A DNA stretch of 64,000 nt, taken from positions 4,092,001 to 4,156,000 of the forward strand of contig JASTWF010000035.1 of the NCBI GenBank assembly GCA_030390025.1. Reading direction: 5' to 3'. The notes below the pieces were generated by a model. The model was not told where the DNA came from. It did no database searches and was given only the letters and a program-made list of their open reading frames with translations. This document shows, piece after piece, positions 12,772-24,388 of this stretch. Position numbers and translations under genes: made by a program. The stretch comes from Squalus acanthias (lineage: Eukaryota). Numbering within the stretch: the stretch's first letter is position 1; each line of letters begins with the position of its first letter.

Positions 12772-14152
12772 TCAGAGGAGATTCACTAGGATGTTACCTG
12801 GCCTGGAGCATTTCAGCTATGAAGAGAGATTGGACAGGCAGGGGTTGTTTTCCTTAGAGCAGAGAAGGCTGAGGGGGGACCTGATTGAGGTGTACAAAAT
12901 TATGAGGGGCATAGATAGGGTAGATAGAAAGGAACTTTTCCCCTTAGTCGAGGGGTCAATAACCAAGGGGCATAGTTTCAAGGTAAGGGGCAGGAGGTTT
13001 AGAGGGGATTTGAGGGAAAACTTTTTCACCCAGAGGGTGGTTGGAATCTGGAACTCACTGCCTGAAAGGGTGGTAGAGGCAGGAACCCTCACAACATTCA
13101 AGAAGCATCTAGATGAGCACTTGAAACGCCATAGCAGACAAGGCTACGGACCAAGTGCTGGAAAATGGGATTAGAATAGACAGGGCTTGATGGCCGGCGC
13201 GGACACGATGGGCCGAAGGGCCTCTTTCTGTGCTGCATAACTCCATGTGGGAAAAATTCAGTTGGTTGCGCCTCCCGTTAGCGCCTTAAGAGGGCGCTAA
13301 TGGGGCGCAAAGCATCTAGCGCCCAGGCGCGGCGAAGTTTGCGCCGCTCGCGAAATTAACTAGACATTTTGCGGCGGCGCTAAACACTACCGCCACGATC
13401 TCCTGCGCCGGCAGATCATGACGTCACTCGAGTGCGCAACGCCCCGGTATCGCCCCGGAGCGGATATTGAGTGGCGCCCCCTGCCTTACTGCCTGACGCT
13501 AGCAACGACAGGTTGAGGGGAGTGTTCTGCAGTCATGCAGGGACTGGGGGAGCGCTATTTAAAGGTGACCGCTTCCTGCCTTTTATTGTTGGTGCCATTT
13601 TTGAACTACGCATTCTGAGAGAGAGGGAGAGAGACTTCTGGAGAGATTCAACGCTGTGTGAAGGAGTTTTGGGTACTGAGCAGCACTTTGCAGGTTCATT
13701 TTGATTTGCCATTCCTTGTATCGATTTAGAAGAGACTGTGGGGGCTGCACTCTGAGCTCTTTCCCTGGGACTCTCCATTGTTCTTTCCAGCAGATTTGAT
13801 GTGCAGGTCTCTCCAGGCCGAGATTCAAGGCTGCAATGAGCAGGATGTGGATGGAAAGCAAGATCAACCATCCCCTTTAAGAACTGGCCCGTGCCATTGT
13901 GTGTGTGTTCCATTGCGGACTGACATCACATGAGCTTCACCAGCGCTCTGAGGTAGCGCCTCGCTCCTCGGCCTTTGCGCCTTAAGACAGGTGTGAAGCG
14001 CCTGATTTAGCGCTCCAATCACCTCCAGGGGCGATAAAAGTAAAGTTTGCAGTCAGTGGCGATAATTAGCGCCAGGCGCTAATCTTTGCGCCCGGCCGAT
14101 AATTGCGCCCCAAATGGGACGATACTGAATTTCTCCCCCTATGACTCTATGA
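12772..14152 (+). mobile_element. CR1 3' fragment (12772-13246) with MITE copy 2 in its (GACTCTAT)n tail (tail resumes 14140-14152)
   Basis: ORF 12791-13174; 3'UTR matches that of 7756-8284. Confidence 0.9.
13247..14139 (+). mobile_element. Non-autonomous Harbinger (893 bp), copy 2
   Basis: GTGGGAAAAATTCAGT ... ACTGAATTTCTCCCCC; CAT/TAT TSD; reverse complement of copy 1. Confidence 0.95.
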
Positions 14153-16235
14153 CACTCTCCTCCTCACTGTTCACTATACCTCAAAGATTTGTGTCATCTG
14201 CAAATTTTGAAATCGTGCCTTGTACTCCCAAATCTAAATCTTTAATATATATCAAGAAAAGCAGTGATCCTAGTACCGACCCCTGGGGAACACCACTGTA
14301 TACCTTCCTCCAGTCCGAAAAACAACCGTTCACCACTACTCTGTTTCCTGTCACTTAGCCAATTTCGTAACCATGCTGCCACTGTCCCTTTTATTCCATG
14401 GGCTTCAACTTTGCTGGAAATCCATGTACACTACGTCAACCGCATTACCCTCATCAACCCTCTCTGTTACCTCATCAAAAAACTCGATCAAGTTAGTTAA
14501 ACACGATTTCCTTTAACAAATTCGTGATGGCTTTCCTTAATTAATCCGCACTTGTCCAAGTGACTGCTAACTTTCTCCCTGATTATCGTTTCCAAAAGCT
14601 TCCCCACTACTGAGGTTAAACTGACTGGCCTGTAGTTGCTGGGTTTATCTTTACACTCTTTTTTGAACAAGGGTGTAACATTTGCAATTCTCCAGTCCTC
14701 TGGCACCACCCACCGTATCCAAGGAGGATTGGAATATTATGGCGAATCCCTCCATGATTTCCTCCTTAATCTCCCTCAGCATCCTAGGATGCATCCCATC
14801 CGGTCCTGGTGATTTATCTACTTTAAGTACAGGCAGCCTTTCTAATACCTCCTCTTTATCAATTTTTATCCCATCCTGTATCTCCTCTAAAGCCTCCTTC
14901 ACTATGACTTTGGCAGCATCTTCTTCCTTGGTGAAGACAGATGCAAAGTACTCATTTAGTACCTCAGCCATACCCTCTGCCTCCATGCATAGGTTTCCTT
15001 TTGGTCCCTAAACAGCCCCCACCCCTCCTCTTACTACCCTTTTATTATTTATATGCCTATAGAAGACTTTTGGATTACCTTTTATGTTAGCTGCCAATCT
15101 ATTCTCCTACTCTCTTTGCCCCTCTTATTTTCTTTCTCACTTCCCCTCTGAACTTTCTATATTCAGCCTGGTTCTCACTTGCATTCTCAACCTGACATCT
15201 GTCATACGTCCTCTTTTTCTGCTTCATCTTACTCTCTATCTCTTTCGTCATCCAGGGAGCTCTGGTTTTAGTTGCCCCACCTTTCCCCCTCGTGGGAATG
15301 AACTTCGACTGTACCTGAACCATCTCCTCTTTAAAGGCAGCCCATTGTTTGATTACAGTTTTGCCTGCCAATCTTTGATTCCAATTTACCCGGGCCAGAT
15401 CCGTTCTCATCCCACTGAAATTTGCTTTCCTCCAATTAAGTATTTTTACTCTAGATTGCTTCCTGTCCTTTTCCATAGCTAATCTAAACCTTATGATACT
15501 GTGATCACTGTTCCCTAAATGTTCCCCTACTGACACTTGCTCCACTTGACCCACCTCATTCCCCAGAACCAGATCCAGCAATGCCTTCTTCCTCATTGGG
15601 CTGGAAACATACTGATCAAGAAAGTTCTCCTGAACACACTTCAGAAATTCTTCCTCCTCTCTGCCCTTTACACTATTACTATCCCAGTCTATATTAGGAT
15701 AGTTGAAGTCCCCCATTATCACTCCTCTATAGTTCTTGCACCTCTCTGTAATTTCTCTGCAAATTTGCTCCTATTCCTGAATTGATGTCCTTCAGATAGA
15801 TGCTGTCTGTTTATCTGAGGATATATGTAAGATGTTCAATCCTGGGATCAGACCAGCGCGGCCAGCAATGCAGAGACATTATCCAATTTCAAGCCAGCAA
15901 CAATTTAACAAATTTTAGAAACGGAATGTTCTGTCCTGATTTTGGAGGATGTGGTTTTCTGCTGACTATCAGGCCGTGGATCAGTGAGTGTTGACATTCC
16001 TGTTTACACTCCGTGTTAGAATGCTGCATCATGATCAGATCTTGCACCCGCTCCCCTGCATTGGCCAGTAACAGGATGGAACATGCCAGGGTTAGTGCGG
16101 CTTTTTATAAAGACGGTTTTGGTGACAGATCTTTGACACCGAGCCACATCAGATATTAGGACAGGTGAGCAGAAGCTTGGACAAAGAGGTCGGTTTTAAG
16201 GAGCAGAGCGAGGCGGAGAGGTTTAGGGAGGCAAT

Positions 16236-16395
16236 CACCAGCCTGGAATATTTATCAGTGGAAAGGGATTCCACTCCCTCAAGGTGCAGCTGGTTTGCGA
16301 CCACAAGCAGCACATCAAGCAAGTCTGTGTCCAGTTTCCAGTCAGCAGTCGTGACTATTCCCACCTGCATCAATCATATCTGCTGCCTTTATTCT
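16236..16395 (+). pseudogene. Old Harbinger transposase fragment
   Basis: [34 protein letters not shown] matches the [15 protein letters not shown] region. Confidence 0.75.
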
Positions 16396-19300
16396 CTTTA
16401 GAGAGAGACACACCGCTCTGCCAGTGGAGGAAGAGGAGCCCAGCCTTCCTGAAGATACTCCGTCACTCATAGGAACAGGAGGAGACCATTCAGCCCCTCG
16501 AGCCTGTTCCGCCATTCAATGTAACCATTCTGATCTGCGACCTAACTCCATTAGAACATAAGAACATAAGAACATAAGAACATAAGAAATAGGAGCAGGA
16601 TTGGCCAATCGGCCCCTCGAGCCTGCTCCGCCATTCAATAAGATCATGGCTGATCTGATCCTAACCTCAAATCTAAAGAACACAATAAGTAGGAGCAGGA
16701 CCCGGCCACTCAGCCCCTGGGCCCGCTCCGCCACCCACAGGGCCTCGACCGATCCGAACTCAGCCTCATGTCCAATTTCCTGCCCGCTCCCTGTAACCCC
16801 TAATACCCTTTACCTCAAGGAAACGGTCTATTTCTGTTTTAAATTTATTTAATGATGTAGCTTCCACAGCTTCCTGGGGCAGCAAATTCCACAGACCTAC
16901 TACCCTCTGAGTGAAGAAGTTTCTCCTCATCTCAGTTTTGAAAGAGCAGCCCCTTATTCTAAGATTATGCCCCCTAGTTCTAGTTTCACCCATCCTTGGG
17001 AACATCCTTACCGCATCCACCCGATCAAGCCCCTTCACAATCTTATATGTTTCAATAAGATCGCCTCTCATTCTTCTGAACTCCAATGAGTAGAGTCCCA
17101 ATCTACTCAACCTCTCCTCATATGTCCACCCCCTCATCCCCGGGATTAACCGAATGAACCTTCTTTGTACTGCTTCGAGAGCAAGTATGTCTTTTCTTAA
17201 GTATGGACACCAAAACTGTATGCAGTATTCCAGGTGCGGTCTCACCAATACCTTATATAACTGCAGCAATACCTCCCTGTTTTTATAATCTATCCCCCTA
17301 GCAATAAAAGCCAACATTCCGTTGGCCTTCTTGATCACCTGCTGCACCTGCATACTAACTTTTTGATTTTCTTGCACTAGGACCCCCAGATCCCTTTGTA
17401 CTGCAGTACTTTCCAGTTTCTCACCATTAAGATAATAACTTGCTCTCTGATTTTTCCTGCCAAAGTGCATAACCTCACATTTTCCAATATTGTATTGCAT
17501 CTGCCAAATCTCCGCCCACTCACCCAGCCTGTCTATATCCCCTTGTAGGTTTTTTATGTCCTCCTCACTTTCTACTTTCCCTCCCATCTTTGTATCATCT
17601 GCAAACTTTGATATGTTACACTCGGTCCCCTCCTCCAAATTCTGTCTTCACAAAGGAGGACACAAATAACCTCCCAGAGATGTTGGAGAACATACGGTCT
17701 AATGAAAGGGAGGAACTGAAAGAAATCAGTATTTGCAGGGAAATGGTGTTAGGGAAATTGACGGTATTGAAGGTCGATAAATCCCCAGGGCCTGATAATC
17801 TACATCCTAGGGTAGTTAAGGAAGTGGCCCTAGAAATAGTAGATGCATTGCTGATCATCTTCCAACATTCGATGGAATCTGGAACTGTACCCATGGATTG
17901 GAGGGTAGCTAATGTTACCCCACTATTCAAAAAGGGTGGTAGAGAGAAAGCGGGGAATTACAGACCGGTAAGCCTGACATCGGTAGTGGGGAAAATGCTA
18001 GAGTCCATTATAAAGGATGTAATAGCTGAGCATTTGAAAAACAGTGACAGGATCGGACAAAGTCAACATGGATTTGCAAAAGGTAAATCGTGCTTGACTA
18101 ATCTACTGGAATTTTTTGAGGATGTAACTGGGAAAATAGATAAGGGAGAACCAGTAGATGTGGTGTATTTGGACTTTCAAAAGGCTTTCGATAAGGTCCC
18201 GCATAAGAGATTAGCGGGTAAAGTTAAGGCACATGGGATTGGGGGCAAGGTATTGACTTGGATAGAGAACTGGTTGGCGGACAGAAAGCAGAGAGTAGGA
18301 ATTAATGGGTCTTTTTCCGAGTGGCAAGCAGTGACTAGTGGGGTACCGCAGGGATCGGTCCTTGGACCCCAGCTATTCACAATATACATTAATGATCTAG
18401 ATAAGGGAACTAGATGTAATATCTCCAAGTTTGCAGATGACACAAAGCTGGGTGGGAGTGTGTGCAGCGAGGAGGATAGCGAGAAACTCCAGGATGATCT
18501 GGACAGGTTGGGTGAGTGGGCAGAAGCGTGGCAGATGCAATATAACATGGATAAGTGCGAGGTTATCCACTTTGGTGTCAAAAACAGAAAGGCAGACTAT
18601 TATCTGAATGGCAATAGATTGGGAGAAGGGGAAGTGCAACGAGACCTGGGTGTCCTTGTGCACCAGTCGCTGAAAGTAAGCATGCAGGTGCAGCAGGCGG
18701 TGAAGAAGGCAAATAGTATGTTGGCCTTCATAGCGAAAGGGTTTGAGTATAGGAACAGGGATGTCCTGCTGCAGTTGTACAGGGCCTTGGTGAGACCACA
18801 CCTTGAGTACTGTGTGCAATTTTGGTCACCTTATCTGAGGAAGGATGTTCTTGCCATGGAAGGAGTTCAGCGAAGATTGACAAGGCTGATACCTGGGATG
18901 GCAGGAATGACATATGAGGAGAGATTGGGTCGATTGGGCTTATACTCACTGGAGTATAGAAGAATGAGAGGGGATCTCATCGAAACATATAGGGGTAAAA
19001 ATTCACTTGGTTGTGCCTCCCGTTAGCGCCTTAAGAGGGCGCTAATGGGGCGTTAAGCCGCTAACGCCCGGGCGCAGCGCTGTTTGCGCCGCTCGAGAAC
19101 TTAACTTGAGATTGTGCGGCGGCGCTAAAACTTACCGCTGCGACCACCTGCGCGCGCAGATTGTGACGTCATTCCATGGTGCAACGCCCTTGGGGCGCCC
19201 CGGAGCGGAAATTGAGTGGCGCCCCCTGTCTTACCGCCTGGCGCTTCCAACGACCGGAAGACTGGAACGTTATCAATCGGTGTGGGGCTGGGGGGGGCAC

Positions 19301-19503
19301 TATTTAAAGGGGGCCTCTTCCTGTCTTTTTCTGTGGTCGACATTTATGCACCACTCGTTCTGAGAGAGAGAGAGAGATTCGGAGAGAGAGAGAGAGAGAC
19401 TTCTACATTGACTCAACGCTTTGTGAGGTAGTTTTGTCTAGTTCATCCTAACTTTGTTGCTACTTTAGTTGCTGTACCTCATTACTTTTCGGGCAAAGAG
19501 AAT

Positions 19504-20664
19504 ATGGGGGCTGCAATGATTGGGGGCGTCGTCCTGCTCCAGCTGAATCGGAGGATACTGAGACGCAGACAGAGAGTGGCAATGATGGCCAGACGGAGGA
19601 GGGCCATCAGGCGCATGTACAGGAGAGCTTACCCTCCCAGGGTATATCGTGAACAGCTCTCCTACATCCATATGTCCGAGGAGCTGTGTTTGCGAAGGCT
19701 GCGATTCAGCAAGGAGGTGGTCACTGAGCTCTGCCACCTGCTGCAGCCAGATCTGCAGCCTCAGCTGAGGTCCAGGACGTCTCTGTCGGTGGCAGTGAAG
19801 GTCACAGTGGCTTTGAACTTCTACGCCACTGGCTCATTCCAAGCTGCTGTTGGGGACCTCGCCAATATCTCCCAGTTTGCGGTGCATCGCTGCATCCGGC
19901 AGGTCACCAATGCCCTCTTCAGAAGGAGACGAGAGTTCATCTCTTTCCCTATGACCCCAGACAAGCAGCGTGACTGTGCTCTGGGCTTTGCGAGGGTAGT
20001 GGGCTTCCCCATGGTGCAGGGCGCCATTGACTGCACGCATGTGGCTTTGCGTGCTCCGCGAGAGAATGCAGAGGAATTCAGGAACAGAAAGGGGTTCCAT
20101 TCCTTGAATGTGCAGTTGGTCTGTGACCACAGACAGGTGATACTCGCTGTCAATGCCCACTATCCGGGCAGCTGCCACGATGCTTTCATCCTGCGCCAGA
20201 CTACTGTGGCAGAAGTTTTCGAGGCACCGCATCAGCCAGTTGGTTGGCTTCTGGGGGACAAGGGGTACGCATTGAGCACCTGGCTGATGACACCGCTCCG
20301 TACGCCAAACACCCCTGCTGAGCTGCGGTACAATGAAAGCCATCAAGCAACCAGGAACATTATTGAGCGCACAATCGGCGTGCTGAAACAACGGTTCCGC
20401 TGTCTGGACCATTCCGGAGGAGCCCTGCAGTACTCGCCTGAGCAAGTTTCGAACTTCGTAGTCGTGTGCTGCATGTTGCACAACATGGCAATCCTCAGGA
20501 CCCAGCCAATGCCACCAGGCCTTGTAGCACCACCAGAGGAGGAGGAGGAAGAGGAGGAACAGGACGAGGACGATGATCATCAGCAGCACCAAGGCAGGAG
20601 GGCGGCCCACAATGGTCAAACTGCAAGGGCCGTCCGTCAACGACTAATAGCAAGCCGCTTCTAG
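19504..20664 (+). CDS. Harbinger DDE transposase, 386 aa, uninterrupted
   Basis: [61 protein letters not shown], acidic C-terminal run. Confidence 0.95.
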   Translation: MGAAMIGGVVLLQLNRRILRRRQRVAMMARRRRAIRRMYRRAYPPRVYREQLSYIHMSEELCLRRLRFSKEVVTELCHLLQPDLQPQLRSRTSLSVAVKVTVALNFYATGSFQAAVGDLANISQFAVHRCIRQVTNALFRRRREFISFPMTPDKQRDCALGFARVVGFPMVQGAIDCTHVALRAPRENAEEFRNRKGFHSLNVQLVCDHRQVILAVNAHYPGSCHDAFILRQTTVAEVFEAPHQPVGWLLGDKGYALSTWLMTPLRTPNTPAELRYNESHQATRNIIERTIGVLKQRFRCLDHSGGALQYSPEQVSNFVVVCCMLHNMAILRTQPMPPGLVAPPEEEEEEEEQDEDDDHQQHQGRRAAHNGQTARAVRQRLIASRF

Positions 20665-20958
20665 GGCCCCTGCCATTGCTACAAACACTAATCAACCCAG
20701 CACGCAACCCCTAAGCCGGCCAAGGCACCAATAATTCCAACCACCAGCCATGTATATTTTGAATACAGAAACTTATTTATTTTACAAACTCTGTGTGTGT
20801 CAATTCCTCATGACAAACTCATAGAAATAAACACAAAAAAACAGTCAATAACATAACTGGTTCTCACAACCTGGAGATAATGTCCAAAACACTAAACAAA
20901 AGTTGGACCATGAACCTCGGCCTTTAATAAAAAAATGACCAGCATTTTGTCACACCTC

Positions 20959-22825
20959 CTACTTTTTGCCCTTCGAGGGTGATCTCCTTCCCTTGCGCAC
21001 TTCCCCCCTTCTAACCCTACTGCTCCTCCGTAATGGGACCTCAGTGGCTGCAGCAAGGCTGGTGGAAGGCTGCTGCTCGTCAGACCCTGACACTGCAGAT
21101 GCCCCTGAAGGACGGCCTCGACCACTTCTGGGCCTGGAGGGCCCGGCTGCAGACTGCACCAACTCTGCATGGGCGGCAGCAGTCTGTCCTACAGGCGGTG
21201 GCAAGTGCAGTGGAGAAGTGACAGGAATGCTGTCATCGTGAGAGAGGCCAGCAACTCCCTGCTCGCCCGACACACTGGCACTCCCACGGGGCAGCACTTC
21301 AGCATCCGGAGCAATTTGCCGGAGAACAGATTGCTGGCCTGCTGCGGCGCGGTGACAGCCCCGGGGACATGTGCACGAACCATCGAGGTTGGCAGCAGTC
21401 TGTGCTCGCGTGGCCTCCATCTGAGTCTGTATGAGAGCAGTCAGAGGTGGGATCACGGCAGCCATTGACTGAATTGCAGCACTAAGCGTTAGTGTGGCAT
21501 CCGCCTGTGCTACAGCGAAGTGCTCCACACTCCTTGCCAGTGACTCAATGCAATCGGGCACCCTTCCCACTGCACCCATGAGCTCAGTGTGCATGCCCAC
21601 CGCCTGGGAGTTCATTTCTGCAATCAGCCGCTCCTCCTCTGCGTCCATTGCAGTAGGAGTGTCTGGCATACTCTCCCTCTGGGGAGAAGGCCCCCGTTCT
21701 TCCCTACCCCCCCCCATGGCGTTGCTGCAGCCCGCTGGGTCCTGGAGCTTCACCATCATCAGCCCCTTCCCCCCTGCTCCCCTCCGGGGAAGGCGTGTTC
21801 CCAGTGTGGGCATGGGCTTCCTCGGGAGAGGGTGGCACTGATGCTCCGGCTTCCTCTTCCTCCTCAGCTGCAGCATCACTCCCAGTGGCAGCTTCAGGGC
21901 CTGTCTCCTCAGCTGGTGAATCACCATCTGAAAGCAGGGAGGTACAAGAGTGGCTTTAGCGTGAGGACAGGGTGGCAGTAAGGGAGGAATAAGTGCAGCG
22001 AGTTAGCAAGTTGGATTGAAAGTGTCAAAGGCTGGTATTGTGAGGGACAAGTGGAAGGACAGAGGACAAAAAGGTGATGACCTTACCATTGCTGTCCACA
22101 ACGGGGTCGGCGTCTCCAGTGGCGACGGGACCGATCACCCGGCTTGCCACAATCCTGTGGACACGCTCCTCCAGATCGCTGAGGGGTTGCAGCTGAAGCC
22201 GCCCTCCACCCGTCCGTTGCTGCTGTCTCCGATTATGAGCCAGCTTAGCCTGCAAGAAAAAGGACAGCATCTGAGTAAATATACAGCCATGGTCTTGCCT
22301 GATGTGCCTCCCATAGGTGAATAGCCCTTACTGTATGCAGCCATGGTCTTGCCTGATGTGCCTCCCATAGGGGAATAGCCCTTACTGTATGCAGCCATGG
22401 TCTTGCCTGATGTGCCTCCCATAGGTGAATAGCCCTTACTGTAGTGGAAAGTGTGGAATGTGTGTGTGTGTTTGATGAAAGGGCCATAGGTGTTGGATGA
22501 GTGTTGTGCATTGGGGTTTTAAGACCCTCTGGCCATAGAGTGAGGTTGAGATGGAGGGATGGAGAGGTATTGAGAAAAAGCCACTCACCCTGACGACCCG
22601 AGTGAGGTCGTTGAACTTTTTGCGGCATTGAACATGGGTCCTGGGCACCATGCTCCTGGAGGAGACGCTCTGAGCCACCTCCCTCCACACTCTTCTGAAC
22701 TCGCGTGGCAAAGGCCTCCTGCCACTCTCCGGGAACAGCATGCATCGTCTGCGCTCCACTGCGTCAACCAGAGCATCCAAGGCCCGCTCGGTGAAGCGAT
22801 GAGCGCGTTCTCTCACCCTCTCCAT
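20959..22825 (-). CDS. Harbinger-B Myb/SANT-like protein, exons 22825-22589, 22249-22087, 21927-20959; one apparent frameshift at the G9 run 21707-21715
   Basis: MERVRERAHRFTE...W.EVA..V......RT..QCRKKFNDL; exon 2 RTGGG; donors GTGAGT and GTAAGG; acceptors TTTTCTTGCAG and CTGCTTTCAG; basic NLS-like C-terminus. Confidence 0.85.
22284..22443. repeat. 54-bp tandem repeat x3 in intron 1 of the Myb-like gene
   Basis: Units start at 22284, 22338 and 22392. Confidence 0.95.
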
Positions 22826-23939
22826 GCTTGGCAGCAAAATGGATTACAGGTCTCTCCAGGCTGAGATTCAAGGCTGCAATGAGCAGGGTGTGGCTGGGGA
22901 GCAAGTGGCCCCCCCCGCTTTAAGAAGTGTCCGGCGCCATTGTGTCTGTGTTCCCTCGCTAACTGGCAGCAGCTGCGCTGCGCTCGTGCGCTGAGTTAGC
23001 GCCTCACTCCTTGGCCTTTGCGCCTTAAGAGAGGTGTGCAGCGCCTACTTTAGCGCTCCACTCACCTCCCGGGGCGGTAAAAGTGAAGTTTCCTGTCAGT
23101 GCCGATAATTAGCGCCAGGCGCTAATATTTGCGTCCGGACGATATTTGCGCCCCAAATGGGGCGCGACCTAATTTCTACCCCATAAAATTCTGACAGGTC
23201 TGGACAAACTAGATGCAGGAAGAATGTTCCCGATGGTCGGAGAGTCCAGAACCAGGGGTCATAATCTACGGATAACGGGTAAACCATTTAGGACAGAAAT
23301 GAGGAAGAATTTCTTCACCCAGAGAGTGGTGAACCTGTGGAATTCTCTACCACAGAAGGTAGTTGAGGCAAAGTCATTAAATATATTCAAGGATGAGTTA
23401 GATATATTTCTTAAAGCTAAAGGTATCAAGGGATATGGGGAGAAGGCAGGTACAGGGTACTGAGTTTAGATGATCAGCCATGATCTCATCGAATGGCGGA
23501 GCAGGCTCGAGGGGCCGAATGGCCTACTCCTGCTCCTATCTTCTATGTTTCTATGTTAATATAGATTGTAAAGAGTTGGGGACCCAGCACCGACCCCTGC
23601 GGAACACCACTGGCTACTGGTTGTCAGTCCGAGAATGAACCATTTATCCCAACTCCTGGCTTCCTGTTATATAACCAATCCTCCACCCATGCCAGAATAT
23701 TACCCCCAATCCAGTGATTTTTTATCTTGAGCAATAATCTTTTATGTGGCACCTTGTCGAATGCCTTCTGGAAGTCTAAATACACTACATCCACTGGTTC
23801 CCCTTTATCCACCCTGTACGTTATGTCCTCAAAGAACTCAAGCAAATTTGTCAGACATGACTTCCCCTTCATAAAGCCATGCTGACTTTGTCCTATTAAA
23901 TTATGTTTATCTAAATGATAAATATACCCGCCTTTAAAG

Positions 23940-24388
23940 AAAAAGAAAGACTTGCATTTATATAGCGCCTTTCATGACCACCGGACATCTCAAAGCACTT
24001 TACAGCCAATGAAGTACTTTTGGAGTGTAGTCACTGTTGCAATGTGGGAAACACAGCAGCCAATTTGCACACAGCAAGCTCCCACAAACAGCATTGTGAT
24101 AATGACCAGATAATCTGTTTTGTTATATTGGCCAGGACACCAGGGATAACTCCTGTGCTCTTCTTTGACATTGTGTCCAGGAATCTTTTACTTCCACCTG
24201 AGAGACCAGACGGGGCCTCAGTTTAACGTCTCATCCGAAAGACGGCACCGCCAACAGTGCGGCACTCCCTCAGCACTGCACGAGAGTGTCAGCCTAGATT
24301 TATGTGCTCAAGTCTCTGGAGTGGGATTTGAACCCACAACCTTCTGACTCAAGAGGGGAGTGTGCTACCCACTGAGCCACGGCTGATT
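23940..24388 (-). mobile_element. DeuSINE-like SINE, unamplified copy
   Basis: Reverse complement of the head, core and tail at 9617-11680; B-box GGTTCAAATCC; single copy of the 33-bp unit. Confidence 0.85.

Larger units (their letters stand above)
11918..15775 (-). mobile_element. CR1 LINE (EN C-terminus to 3' tail, internally deleted), interrupted at ~12772-14152
   Basis: IMGDFNYP, SDH, KSPGPDG and RT C-terminal motifs; (GATTCTAT)n-type tail at ~11918-11932. Confidence 0.9.
18992..23182 (+). mobile_element. PIF/Harbinger DNA transposon B, 4191 bp, near-intact
   Basis: TIR GGGGTAAAAATT / AATTTCTACCCC; ATA TSD confirmed by the reconstructed empty site; two convergent genes. Confidence 0.97.
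17641..23556 (+). mobile_element. 5'-truncated CR1 LINE interrupted by Harbinger B
   Basis: RT ORF to 18991; removing 18992-23185 restores GAA ACA TAT AAA ATT CTG (ETYKIL); (TATGTTTC) tail. Confidence 0.95.
16553..23920 (-). mobile_element. CR1 LINE split into 23557-23920 and 16553-17640 by a plus-strand CR1
   Basis: GSVLGPQLFTIYI (~23560) joins LEEGTECNISKFADD (17638); (TTCTTATG)n tail at 16553-16590. Confidence 0.9.

Noticed and set aside
15776..16120. Non-repetitive-looking patch with a minus-strand TATAAAAA near 16102-16110
   Set aside because: No supportable exon, ORF or structure.
19834..20640. 268-aa antisense ORF over the transposase, and antisense ORFs over CR1 RT
   Set aside because: Shadow frames with no recognisable motifs.
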